Source of the DNA: a virus
Lineage: Duplodnaviria; Caudoviricetes
DNA length: 28,221 nt
Virus record (IMG/VR): IMGVR_UViG_3300007539_000147
Location: 1 to 28,221 of that record
Strand: one strand, 5' to 3'
Position numbers and translations under genes: made by a program. Of this stretch, positions 1-9,338 are shown piece by piece. A model generated the notes under the pieces. The model was given only the letters and a program-made list of their open reading frames with translations. It did not search any database and was not told where the DNA came from. Position 1 is the stretch's first letter. Each line of letters opens with the position of its first letter.

Positions 1-224
1 TAAACATTTTCAATATATGGTTGTAATTTACCATATATTCTATATAACGAAAAGTTTTGTCTTTCATCATTAAATCTTTCAGCTAAATTTAATGGTACAC
101 TTATGTCACCTTCAATAAGATGTCTGTTTGTACCATCTAAATCAATATTTAATGTGGTATCTAATAAAGGAGCACCTTTATATTGTTTATCCGCTGGGAT
201 TAATTTATAATTCCTGTCCATCAT
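1..224 (-). CDS. Hypothetical protein, probably virion/baseplate-associated; N-terminal part only, runs off the left edge
   Basis: Not in the ORF track. Manual translation from ATG at 224 (or 221) gives (M)MDRNYKLIPADKQYKGAPLLDTTLNIDLDGTNRHLIEGDISVPLNLAERFNDERQNFSLYRIYGKLQPYIENV... with no stop before position 1. The start overlaps the end of the 1166-aa gene, suggesting translational coupling. Confidence 0.75.
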   Translation of the reverse strand, partial: MMDRNYKLIPADKQYKGAPLLDTTLNIDLDGTNRHLIEGDISVPLNLAERFNDERQNFSLYRIYGKLQPYIENV

Positions 225-3200
225 CTTTAGGTGGTAAATATTCGTTTATGAACCTTTCATAAGCGGAAGCTCCTTGTCTTAATCCAAAGTAAAAGTAGAG
301 TCCGGTACCTAGTCTAAATTGTTGACCCGCTGAAGTGGGTGGAGTGGTGGGTATAGTAGAAAAATAACCTAAAGCGGTTTGTGATGAATTACTATCATAA
401 TATGCTGGATTACTCCAAGTTTCTGTAAAGTTCAGACCACTATCTTCGGGTAGTGGTGTTCCTAACCCTTGTTGGTATCCTTTGATTGCTAATTGTGTGT
501 TCCCGAAAGTATAATCGTTATTGAATGTTCCATATCCAGAAGCGGAATCCCAACTATAATAAGGCACTACTTGGGTATTTTTAATACCAAAATTACCACC
601 TTGTATGCAATTTATTAGGTCTGGGTCTCTAGGTATTAACTGAAACCTAGTAAATGTAGCTCCCAAGTAATTTGTTTGACTATTTGGATTATATGGGATA
701 CCTCCGCCTCCACCATATTGTGCAAACCATACAGTACCTTGACCATAATAACTATCGGCTAAATCTGTGGTAAATACAGAAATACCCATTTGATTGTTAG
801 TTGCCAATAATTGTGCTATATCTCCATCAATTACCCTATTCCTATAAGGTCCTGGATTGAAATTATCTCCATCACTACCCCATCTTAGATTTCCGGTATT
901 TCTGTCATAAGTAGCACCTGGTTTACTATCAGCACCGAACCATTTGTTTACACCAGACCACACAAATTGACTATAAGAGCCTATAGCTCCAATTTTTCTT
1001 TCTATTATCATTCCTAATAATTCAGCGGTAGGTTGGAAGCTGCTGGGTTTTAATTTATCAACATATATGCATTCGTTACCAACAGTGTTAGATTCCTTAC
1101 ACAATTCAGTTATACATGGGTCTAGGGGACCTAAATCTACAATAGTTGTTGGGAAATTTATTCCTTTGTGTGCAGATAAACCCCCACCGCCTACGTTATC
1201 TTTATTACTGTTAAAATTAGTGAACCCATTAATAGTGCCGAAAGGACAACTCCTATAGTAAAAATAAGTGTTATCATTTTCAGTTTTTGCTTCTACTAAC
1301 CTACCATCATATTTCAAATCACCCGACGCAGGACTTCCATCAACCTGATTTATTTTATCTTTTTTAACCATGAATTTAGGGAAATATAGTGTTCCATTAA
1401 TCCAGTTATTACTAAATTTCATATTAAACACTCCCTCACATAAAGCTGTGTATATATTAGCAAGTACTCTCCATTGATTTAAACTCCTATACATACTGTA
1501 AAGACTATTTATGCAAGTTGCCAATGTAACTATAAGACCAACCGCTAACGCGATGTATACAATTATCGCACCAGCGTTAAATGGTAGATATATAGCCACT
1601 GTCAAACCTACTAGAGATAATGTAAACGCTGTAAATACTGCGTTCTTAAACTCTAAAACATAACAACCTCTAGGTGCCTGACCTTGTTTTCCGGTCCAAT
1701 AATACGCTTGGTCGTTAGGAAAACCTACCATATATCTCTCTTTATTACAGTCATTTACACCACTACCAGGGTCATCCGCTATAGTTTCTTGTAAAACTTT
1801 ATCTTCTTCTTCTATAAATAAATTAATCAGAAAATATACGTTAAATTTAAACGATGTACCACATTCACAGGGTTCACAGTTGGGGTAGTTGTATAATTTT
1901 CTTACTACATAGAAATTTTTAACCAAGGCCCAAGCGATGGGTGTGTATATAAATAAACCCATAGTAGGTATCGCAATAAATCCTGCTACCATATCTCCAA
2001 TAAAATTAGTTATGAGGGAAAAACCTACTGGAGCGTCGATAACCGAGACAGAAGCTGTTAAACCTACAGTTGATAAACTAACCGCAGTAACAGACCTTAA
2101 CGCCAATTGACCATATTGAATTATTAAGGATATTATTTGGTAACAGATTAAAGATGCGGTGATTGTTAGTGTTATGACTTGTAATAACCTTGTTATCTGT
2201 GTTGTAGAAAATTTACTGGTACCACCCCTAAAAACATCATTAACTGGAAATTCTTTAGTAATATCAGTACACCTTGATTCGGGTGCAGGATTTATGGTTT
2301 TAATACCTAAAAATCTCCATCTACTATTAGGTCTTCTATCATCTGAACCAGCATTAATATTTTGTCTATAATTGTCTATAAAACTAGCTACACTATAAAC
2401 TCTATTAGGTAAAAACTCGTAAAAATAATCTGTAGCTTTGTTAGCTGGTGACCCATAAACATCTCGTGGTATTGAAACTTCTGGATAATCTTCTAATTTA
2501 TCTGAAAACGAATAAGATTTTTGATAATTTACATCATCAGTATATTCCCTTATATTGGGTACCAAATATCTACCACTTCTTACCTCACCCCCTGTACCAT
2601 CAAAAGATATCCTAAATCTATATTTTGCTCTAGTAGGTATCCCTACTTTTGGGTCATCAGATATTATTTGTTGACCATATTCATTAGTCACTATAAAATC
2701 TAAGTTCATAGGTAACTGTGTTACCCAAGCTCCATTACCATCAATTACCTTTCCACCATTATCTAAATTAAATCTTTCTAATTTAGGTGTACAACCATCT
2801 TCTTCTTTTAATATGGTGTGTCTAATAGCTTCAATAGTACCAGTACCAGTAGTTAAATTACATAATTGTCCTTGTTCTTTAGATGGTACTCCACTTATAG
2901 AAACATAATTATTATCATCATCAGTAATTATTGAACCAATAAATGTAGAACTAGGTGTTATTTCTACACCAGAATCTCTTAAATCAAAATCTACTCTAGT
3001 TATACCAATCCCACACAAATCCTCATCACCCCAAAATGGAACTACTTGTATTGCCTTATTTTGTAAAACTATTTGTGGTAACGTATCCAAATTTTCAGAA
3101 CTTTTAAATTCCAAAGCACTTTCAAATCTAGATGCACTGACACCTTGTCTAATAAATTGATAAGGTCTCATAGAATAACAACCAATATCACTAACATCTA

Positions 3201-3705
3201 TACTTGCATGAATTGTTTGATTTCCCAAAGGTACACCCCACAACATATAATCACCACTTTCATTAGTTTTTGTGGTATATTTGTAATATTTTTCAAAAAC
3301 CTCTAATATAACTGGGTTATTTATAACTTCTTTTGCTGTAAAAAAGTTACCAGTCGCTTTATGATTACAACTTTCAGATTCTTTAGGTAATAAATTATAT
3401 CTATACCCATCTTCATTTTTATCTGTAACTTTACGATATGGATATAATTGAGAAATTACCTCATCTTCAGCATCTTCATCAGTTATTGGTACAAAAATAG
3501 ATATTTTAGCGTTAGGTATTCCAAATCCACCATTTGCTTGAGCACGACCAACTATGACACCATAATCTGCACAGGTTCTAGAATAAACCTCAGACTTAAT
3601 TATCTTTAAACTTAATATTTCTAATTGGTCAAAGTCTTGTTCTAAGTTAACAAAAATATTTTTGTCTTGATTAGGTTCAGCTTTAATCCTATATGATTTA
3701 GGCAT
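205..3705 (-). CDS. Large baseplate-cluster protein of unknown function (1166 aa) with an N-terminal beta-sandwich-like segment and central hydrophobic segments
   Basis: Long ORF directly downstream of the gp6/J-like gene. The N-terminal GVIVGRAQANGGFGIPNAKISIF...TTKTNESGDYMLWGVPLG resembles carboxypeptidase-regulatory/prealbumin-like folds. There are two strongly hydrophobic stretches and a CEPCEC motif. CDS call is firm; function is inferred from position. Confidence 0.6.
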   Translation of the reverse strand: MPKSYRIKAEPNQDKNIFVNLEQDFDQLEILSLKIIKSEVYSRTCADYGVIVGRAQANGGFGIPNAKISIFVPITDEDAEDEVISQLYPYRKVTDKNEDGYRYNLLPKESESCNHKATGNFFTAKEVINNPVILEVFEKYYKYTTKTNESGDYMLWGVPLGNQTIHASIDVSDIGCYSMRPYQFIRQGVSASRFESALEFKSSENLDTLPQIVLQNKAIQVVPFWGDEDLCGIGITRVDFDLRDSGVEITPSSTFIGSIITDDDNNYVSISGVPSKEQGQLCNLTTGTGTIEAIRHTILKEEDGCTPKLERFNLDNGGKVIDGNGAWVTQLPMNLDFIVTNEYGQQIISDDPKVGIPTRAKYRFRISFDGTGGEVRSGRYLVPNIREYTDDVNYQKSYSFSDKLEDYPEVSIPRDVYGSPANKATDYFYEFLPNRVYSVASFIDNYRQNINAGSDDRRPNSRWRFLGIKTINPAPESRCTDITKEFPVNDVFRGGTSKFSTTQITRLLQVITLTITASLICYQIISLIIQYGQLALRSVTAVSLSTVGLTASVSVIDAPVGFSLITNFIGDMVAGFIAIPTMGLFIYTPIAWALVKNFYVVRKLYNYPNCEPCECGTSFKFNVYFLINLFIEEEDKVLQETIADDPGSGVNDCNKERYMVGFPNDQAYYWTGKQGQAPRGCYVLEFKNAVFTAFTLSLVGLTVAIYLPFNAGAIIVYIALAVGLIVTLATCINSLYSMYRSLNQWRVLANIYTALCEGVFNMKFSNNWINGTLYFPKFMVKKDKINQVDGSPASGDLKYDGRLVEAKTENDNTYFYYRSCPFGTINGFTNFNSNKDNVGGGGLSAHKGINFPTTIVDLGPLDPCITELCKESNTVGNECIYVDKLKPSSFQPTAELLGMIIERKIGAIGSYSQFVWSGVNKWFGADSKPGATYDRNTGNLRWGSDGDNFNPGPYRNRVIDGDIAQLLATNNQMGISVFTTDLADSYYGQGTVWFAQYGGGGGIPYNPNSQTNYLGATFTRFQLIPRDPDLINCIQGGNFGIKNTQVVPYYSWDSASGYGTFNNDYTFGNTQLAIKGYQQGLGTPLPEDSGLNFTETWSNPAYYDSNSSQTALGYFSTIPTTPPTSAGQQFRLGTGLYFYFGLRQGASAYERFINEYLPPKDDGQEL

Positions 3706-3779
3706 ATGTCATTCTTTATAAAATAAATAGTTATTAGCTTAAAATCAAATTTACTTAGATAATTAAATATGTAAACTAA

Positions 3780-5633
3780 TTAAGATACTGTTGTTTGATT
3801 TGTTGATTTAACTCTAACCAAAACATCTTTAGTTGGATATCTTACTTGAAAGGATTGTGTTGGTTGTGCGAATATAACTCCGTCAATTAATTCTATTTGT
3901 TTAGTCGCATCATCAATATATCTTTGTGATACTTCATTACTTGAATATTCTCCCCCAACTTTATTGTATATTCTTAAGTCAATTAAGTTTTTTACTCCGT
4001 CTTGTGCTACCAAATCTTTAATTAATTCACCAACAAATACATCGGTACCCATTTCCCTGTTTCTAGGAGCAAAAAATTCATTAGTTGTGTTAATCACATT
4101 TGTTATTATAACACCACTATTAAATGATGGGTCAATCAATAAATCAATTTCTAATGATAAATCAATAACTTCCGCTGGTTCAATAGTAATGTAATCATTT
4201 AACATTCTATAATCTGATAAGTACTCACTAATATTGTTCATTAATGTAGTACTAACATTTGATGTTAATGAACCATCGGTATTGTATGATAGTAATTTAA
4301 TCATAACTTTATTTTCTACTTCCATAACACCAGATTTAGCTGGTGCACCAAAAATAGAAGGCATTGTGTCCATTAAAACTTTATAATCTGAAAGAGTAAC
4401 CGCTCTTTTTTGTGAAGCGAAATTAAAACCAATATAATTTCTAATTTCTTCTACAGTTGGTTGGTTATTTCCACCTATAGCAGCTGTAACATTATTAACA
4501 CTCAAAGACTCAGTAACTGACCTGTTTATATTAATGTTTGGACCATTTAAAACAAAATCTATAGTACCAAAAGTATTTAGTGTATTTGGACCTATATTTG
4601 TAGCTTTTCCACCACCAACTCTATATTGAATAAATAATGTTGTGTTAGCTCTAGGTGAACTACCCAAAGAAAAATTATTCATATACCTACTTAAATCCAT
4701 TGTAAACCCTTGGGTTGTAAAATCATCTAATGTAGTTTGTGAACTACTAGTTCCACCACCTAAAGTTAAATAAAAGAAACCTTCTGGTGTGTATTCTGTA
4801 GTGAATCTTTGATTTACAGTTTGCCATTTACCTACTTTTACACCAGGTAAATCTGATTGTTTAGTTGTATCTATAACAAAAACTTTATCTTGTGCTAAAG
4901 CATCAACTTCATACCATTTATTTTGTGAAGTTATAAATTCAGTAGCTTTTGGAACTGCTTGTATATTAGTACCATCTTTTTGAATTACTCCAGTTACACC
5001 TAAAATATTTTTCTCTGGTAAAAATATTTTTAAAAACGGTAACACATCATTATTTGTTATAACTCGTTTAAAAACTTTTGTAATTCCGTTTATTACAACT
5101 TCTCGTTTTGTTATTGTATAACTAACAATATTACCATTATTGTTAAAATTAGGCACTTTTGTTCTGTTTGGGAAACCAGTAGCATCAAATGGTACTGAAA
5201 AGTCAATATCGTGTATATTTTCAAATACTTGTCCCGCACCTTTTATTTGTGAACCTCTTCTAAGTGTACCCAAATATCTAAAATCTTCTTTATCACCACC
5301 ACCAGAAGTTTGTAAAACTGGTACTGTAATACTAAAGTCACAAACAGACACTGAAGGTCTATTACCAGGTATCTTTAAACCATAGGTTCTAGCAATGTTA
5401 AATAATGATGACCTTTGATTTGCATATTGTAAAACTGTCTCTTGTAAACTTCTATCTATATGATAATGTAAGTTATCAGCAATAGCCGCATTCAAATCAA
5501 GAAAAACAGAAAAGAGTGACGCATCATTAGCGTTTTGAATTAAGTCTGGATATTGGTCTTGTACATAGTTTAATAGTTCTCCCCTTAAACTAACAAAATC
5601 TCTTTCAGAATAAGATATTTTATTATTTGCCAT
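3780..5633 (-). CDS. Baseplate wedge protein, T4 gp6 / baseplate J-like (617 aa)
   Basis: N-terminal YSERDFVSLRGELLNYV...LDLNAAIADNLHYHID...ARTYG; YRVGGG; GGNNQPTVEEIR...FASQKRAVTLSDY, a typical gp6/J signature. Directly follows the gp25-like gene. Confidence 0.88.
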   Translation of the reverse strand: MANNKISYSERDFVSLRGELLNYVQDQYPDLIQNANDASLFSVFLDLNAAIADNLHYHIDRSLQETVLQYANQRSSLFNIARTYGLKIPGNRPSVSVCDFSITVPVLQTSGGGDKEDFRYLGTLRRGSQIKGAGQVFENIHDIDFSVPFDATGFPNRTKVPNFNNNGNIVSYTITKREVVINGITKVFKRVITNNDVLPFLKIFLPEKNILGVTGVIQKDGTNIQAVPKATEFITSQNKWYEVDALAQDKVFVIDTTKQSDLPGVKVGKWQTVNQRFTTEYTPEGFFYLTLGGGTSSSQTTLDDFTTQGFTMDLSRYMNNFSLGSSPRANTTLFIQYRVGGGKATNIGPNTLNTFGTIDFVLNGPNININRSVTESLSVNNVTAAIGGNNQPTVEEIRNYIGFNFASQKRAVTLSDYKVLMDTMPSIFGAPAKSGVMEVENKVMIKLLSYNTDGSLTSNVSTTLMNNISEYLSDYRMLNDYITIEPAEVIDLSLEIDLLIDPSFNSGVIITNVINTTNEFFAPRNREMGTDVFVGELIKDLVAQDGVKNLIDLRIYNKVGGEYSSNEVSQRYIDDATKQIELIDGVIFAQPTQSFQVRYPTKDVLVRVKSTNQTTVS

Positions 5634-5635
5634 TA

Positions 5636-6094
5636 TTAAATATTAATTATTACAAAGTCTCGTGTTTCAAAAGCATCACTGTTTATAGTATAGTCTAACC
5701 TTACTTTAGCTGTATGTTCTTTAGTACCTTGACCTGCAACTCTATAAACACGAGGGTCATTATCAGCTACTACCGTACCTGGTAATTCTTCAGCTTCCAA
5801 AGCACTTGTAACTTCAATATTGGTTAATTTTAAATTAGGTATATATTTTATTACTTGTTCTCTAATTTCAGCTTCTATAGAAGCAAAAGAAGGAGCATCT
5901 AATGGTTCAAAAATATATTCATATAAAGAAGTACCAAAATCTGGTAAAAAGTACCTACTTCCTTTTCTAGTTAATAACAAATGAATTAAATCAGCTTTAA
6001 TTTCTTGTTCGGGGGTTTCTGTCATTTTTAAGTAATCCCCAAACACACTATCCTGAAAAGGAAAATCAATTCCAAATGTTTCTCTTTCTGCCAT
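5636..6094 (-). CDS. Baseplate wedge / sheath-initiator protein, T4 gp25 / P2 gpW-like (152 aa)
   Basis: GIDFPF...IKADLIHLLLTRKGSRYFLPDFGTSLYEYIFEP matches the gp25-family pattern (L.T.KGER...P.FG..L..YLFEP). Confidence 0.9.
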   Translation of the reverse strand: MAERETFGIDFPFQDSVFGDYLKMTETPEQEIKADLIHLLLTRKGSRYFLPDFGTSLYEYIFEPLDAPSFASIEAEIREQVIKYIPNLKLTNIEVTSALEAEELPGTVVADNDPRVYRVAGQGTKEHTAKVRLDYTINSDAFETRDFVIINI

Positions 6095-6097
6095 GAC

Positions 6098-6115
6098 TTT
6101 TATTTATAAATATTA
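6098..6115 (-). promoter_or_regulatory. Putative late-promoter element TAATATTTATAAATAAAA upstream of the gp25-like gene
   Basis: Identical 18-mer also occurs at 15626-15643. It contains the 12-bp palindrome TATTTATAAATA, which includes the T4 late-promoter consensus TATAAATA. It lies 3 nt upstream of the start codon. Confidence 0.6.
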
Positions 6116-6127
6116 ACTTTTGTAAAT

Positions 6128-6346
6128 CTAAACTGTAAGGGTCAAAACTTCTTTATTATATAAATGTGGTTTGCATGAAAAACCGTAGTTTTCTGCTATT
6201 TCAGCAACTACGGATTTAATAACTTTACTATCTCCTGTTATTATTTGTACTTCTTTTGTGTCGTACAATTTTTGGTCATATAAAAAACTATCTACAATTT
6301 CGGGGGCTTCATCTATCTTATAACCTTTAAGATTTAACGTATACAT
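6128..6346 (-). CDS. Stand-alone Smr-domain-like protein (72 aa) with degenerate motifs
   Basis: TLNLKGYKIDEAPEIVDSFL...EVQIITGDSKVIKSVVAE parallels the Smr pattern LDLHG...EA...L..FL...V.IIHG.G..L+..V. Confidence 0.6.
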   Translation of the reverse strand: MYTLNLKGYKIDEAPEIVDSFLYDQKLYDTKEVQIITGDSKVIKSVVAEIAENYGFSCKPHLYNKEVLTLTV

Positions 6347-6509
6347 CTTCTCTTAACTCTTTATTAAATTTTTGATGTGGTGGCCAGTATGGACAATGTA
6401 CACACTTACCACCACAACAAGAACCTTTTTTTATATGGTATTTTTCTGTTAATACCATTTTATTATTGTCATCCAAATAAAAATCTTCTTTATCGAACTT
6501 TAAACACAT
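6327..6509 (-). CDS. Small Cys-rich DUF5522-like protein (about 60 aa)
   Basis: EDFYLDDNNKMVLTEKYHIKKGSCCGGKCVHCPY matches the DUF5522 pattern (DFY...MV.TE.YH.KRG.CCG..C.HCPY). The start is moved from 6554 to the ATG at 6509, which removes the overlap with nrdA and follows a TAATATTTATA motif. Confidence 0.75.
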   Translation of the reverse strand: MCLKFDKEDFYLDDNNKMVLTEKYHIKKGSCCGGKCVHCPYWPPHQKFNKELREDVYVKS

Positions 6510-6519
6510 ATTATAAATA

Positions 6520-8292
6520 TTAACCTTCGCAACTAACGCATTCCTGCATCGCATTATTAGCTATATCACCTCTTAAAACACTCTCTGTTCTAACATAATA
6601 TAAAGTTTTTATTCCTTGTCTCCAAGCTTCTAAATGAACTTGGTTAATCCATTTTGGTGTCGCTTCTTTTGGAAACGCAAGATTTAATGATACTGATTGG
6701 TCAATAAATTGTTGTCTTACACCAGCTTGTCTAACTAATTCTAATTGATTTATTTCTTTGAATGTTTTAAAAACTTCTTTAACTGGTACAAAATCTAAAT
6801 GTGAATTACTTTTTTCATCAATATGTGTTATCTTATTGTTCATATAACCCCAATAGTCCAATTCTTTTATATCTTGAACTGAACCACCATCACTTAATAT
6901 TTTATCCCAAGTTTCTTTGTTATTAATACCAATCTTTCTAAATATTTTTTCTAGTTCTTTATTTTTTCTAATAAAAGTTCCTTTCGCACTCTGTTCCGTA
7001 TAAACATTAGCTGGAATAGGTTCAATACCACTTGAAACACCCCCAGCTAATTTTGAATTTGATACCGTTGGTGCAACAGCTCTTAGATGTGTATTTCTCA
7101 TCCCAGTACCAACACACCATAAAGGTTCTCCATATTCTGTAGCCAAATCTCTAGAAGCTTGTTCGGATTCAGTTTGAATTTGACCAAAAATTCTTCTAGT
7201 CTCAAATTGAGCTGGTAACCCCTCAAATGGAATTCCTTTTTGTTGTAAATAAGTATGCCAACCAAGAACACCTAAACCTAAAGCTCTACCTTTTTCTGCT
7301 GAACGAACTGAGTTCTCAAATCCTTTTCTATATTTTGCCTTTTGTATAAATTCTTCAAGAACACCATCTAAGAACCAAGTAGCTGTGTAAATTAAATCAG
7401 TATCTTTCCATTCATCATATTTTGATAAATTCAATGAACTAAGACAACAAACAAATGAATGTGATTCATCTGTATGTAAAACAATTTCTGAACAAATGTT
7501 TGTCATAAATACTTTAAGACCATTTTTCTTGTAAGATTCTGGGTTCTGTTTATTAACATTCCCCTTATACATAATATAAGGTTCACCGGTTTGTCTACGT
7601 TTTTTAAGTAAATTAGCCCATTTTTTTCTAGATTCTTTATCACCAACCTCAAGTTTTCTCATAAACTTATCACCTATTACAACACATTGATGAAGATTCA
7701 AAGATTGACGATTAACATCACCTTTAGGTTCTCTAATTTCTAACCACTCATCAAAATCACCGTGTTCTATATTAACATTTACTGATGCTGCTCCTCTTCT
7801 TACTGCACCTTGATTAGTTGCAAGAATTGTAGAATCATATATTTTACAAAATGGAACAATACCATCACTAGTACCATTATCAGTAATAGATGAACCAGCT
7901 GGTCTGATTTGGTTGATTCCAATACCTACACCACCACCATGTTTTGCCAATAACATCATTTCAAGATTTTTAGTACCAATATCTACAATTGAATCTGCAA
8001 CATCAATACCAAAACAAGAAATAGGTAGTCCTCTTTCAGTTCCTGTGTTAGATAAAACTGGTGTAGCTAAACATAACCACCCTTTCCAAATGTAATCAAA
8101 AAATTTAGTAGTTAATTGTGGTTTGCCTAACCTTTTAGCTACTGTAGTAGCAACTCTCCAATACGCATCCTTTGGTTTCTCACCTGGAAGTAAATAACCA
8201 TTAGAAATTGTTTGTATATATACGTGTGTGTTTGCCCAACTTGGGAAGTCCACGTCAACTTCCCAACCTAAATGTTCTGCATAATTTTTCAT
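6520..8292 (-). CDS. nrdA: Ribonucleotide reductase class I alpha subunit, compact and without ATP cone (class Id/NrdAi-like)
   Basis: ATPVLSN, PISCF (C225 equivalent), GGGVG, TNICSEI (N437/C439/E441), VCCLSSLNL (C462), APTVSNS, DQSVSLN, KTLYY (Tyr dyad) and C-terminal CVSC. 590 aa with no N-terminal ATP cone. Confidence 0.95.
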   Translation of the reverse strand: MKNYAEHLGWEVDVDFPSWANTHVYIQTISNGYLLPGEKPKDAYWRVATTVAKRLGKPQLTTKFFDYIWKGWLCLATPVLSNTGTERGLPISCFGIDVADSIVDIGTKNLEMMLLAKHGGGVGIGINQIRPAGSSITDNGTSDGIVPFCKIYDSTILATNQGAVRRGAASVNVNIEHGDFDEWLEIREPKGDVNRQSLNLHQCVVIGDKFMRKLEVGDKESRKKWANLLKKRRQTGEPYIMYKGNVNKQNPESYKKNGLKVFMTNICSEIVLHTDESHSFVCCLSSLNLSKYDEWKDTDLIYTATWFLDGVLEEFIQKAKYRKGFENSVRSAEKGRALGLGVLGWHTYLQQKGIPFEGLPAQFETRRIFGQIQTESEQASRDLATEYGEPLWCVGTGMRNTHLRAVAPTVSNSKLAGGVSSGIEPIPANVYTEQSAKGTFIRKNKELEKIFRKIGINNKETWDKILSDGGSVQDIKELDYWGYMNNKITHIDEKSNSHLDFVPVKEVFKTFKEINQLELVRQAGVRQQFIDQSVSLNLAFPKEATPKWINQVHLEAWRQGIKTLYYVRTESVLRGDIANNAMQECVSCEG

Positions 8293-8312
8293 ATTTAATT
8301 TAAATTTTTTTG

Positions 8313-9323
8313 TTAAAATAAAGAATCTTCATCCCAATCGTCATCTTCACCTGCCTTAGAATAATCTGTAGGTCTAATGGCAAAAAAATCAGTGTGTGTA
8401 AGACCACCTGTCAAATGATAAAACCAATCAAGATTACTAGATTTTTCTTGGTTAACGATAAATAGTTCACCGTAACCCAATTCTTTTAATTTTTCATTAG
8501 TTCTTTGTTTGATAAATTCTTTCAAATCCGAAGCTGATAAATTTTCTAAATCACCCATTTCAAACATTTTATCAATAAATTTTTCTTCTAAATCTACTAT
8601 TAATTTTGCTGCTGAGTAAATATCTTCTTTGCTTTCTTCTCTCAACTCTGGATATTCTTCACACATATGATTGAATAGTTTACAACCCATTCTTGAATGT
8701 AATGATTCATCTCTCACAGACCATTTCATCTGTTGACCAATACCCTTTAATAAGTTTCTCAATTGAAATGAATAAAGAACAGCAAACGATGAATATAATG
8801 AAACACCTTCTGCAAATGCAGAAAATATAGCTAAACTTCTAGCAACTTCTTTTCTAGCTGTAGGTATTGTTATTAAATCATTGTGGTCATAATCAGAACT
8901 AGTATTCATCAATAACTCAAATTTGTTAGATATAGCTTCTTCGTGTAGAAATGCTTCAAAATTTTCAAGACCAAGAGTCTCATTAAGATAAGAATAAGCA
9001 ACAGCATGAATAGTTTCTTGTGAACCAAACATCATAGCCATTTGACGAATCTCGTGTTTTGGAAACCATCTAGTAACCATAGTTGTCCAATAATCACTTA
9101 CCGCACATTCAGTTTGTGCAAAACCTAATAAGATATTCCCTACTAAATTTTTTTCAGATTCAGTTAAATTTTCTTTCCAATCTTTAACATCACCTTGCAT
9201 TGAAATTTCAGTGTGTAACCAAAATGCCTGAGCCTGTTTCATCCAACCTTCAGTATAATATTCTGGGTATTCAAATGGTTTATATGGAATTCTCTCCTTA
9301 AATAAATTTTTACTTTTACTCAT
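8313..9323 (-). CDS. nrdB: Ribonucleotide reductase class I beta subunit (ferritin-like; first metal ligand appears to be Glu)
   Basis: YKPFEYP, AFW, FAQTECAV, QETIHAVAY (E/H/radical Tyr), AEGVSLYSSF, RDESLH and C-terminal HTDFFAIRPTDY. Confidence 0.95.
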   Translation of the reverse strand: MSKSKNLFKERIPYKPFEYPEYYTEGWMKQAQAFWLHTEISMQGDVKDWKENLTESEKNLVGNILLGFAQTECAVSDYWTTMVTRWFPKHEIRQMAMMFGSQETIHAVAYSYLNETLGLENFEAFLHEEAISNKFELLMNTSSDYDHNDLITIPTARKEVARSLAIFSAFAEGVSLYSSFAVLYSFQLRNLLKGIGQQMKWSVRDESLHSRMGCKLFNHMCEEYPELREESKEDIYSAAKLIVDLEEKFIDKMFEMGDLENLSASDLKEFIKQRTNEKLKELGYGELFIVNQEKSSNLDWFYHLTGGLTHTDFFAIRPTDYSKAGEDDDWDEDSLF

Positions 9324-9338
9324 TTTATAATTTTATTA

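Noticed and set aside
6510-6554. ORF-track start of the Cys-rich protein at 6554
   Set aside because: It overlaps the nrdA 3' end. The ATG at 6509 fits the family N-terminus and the upstream motif better.
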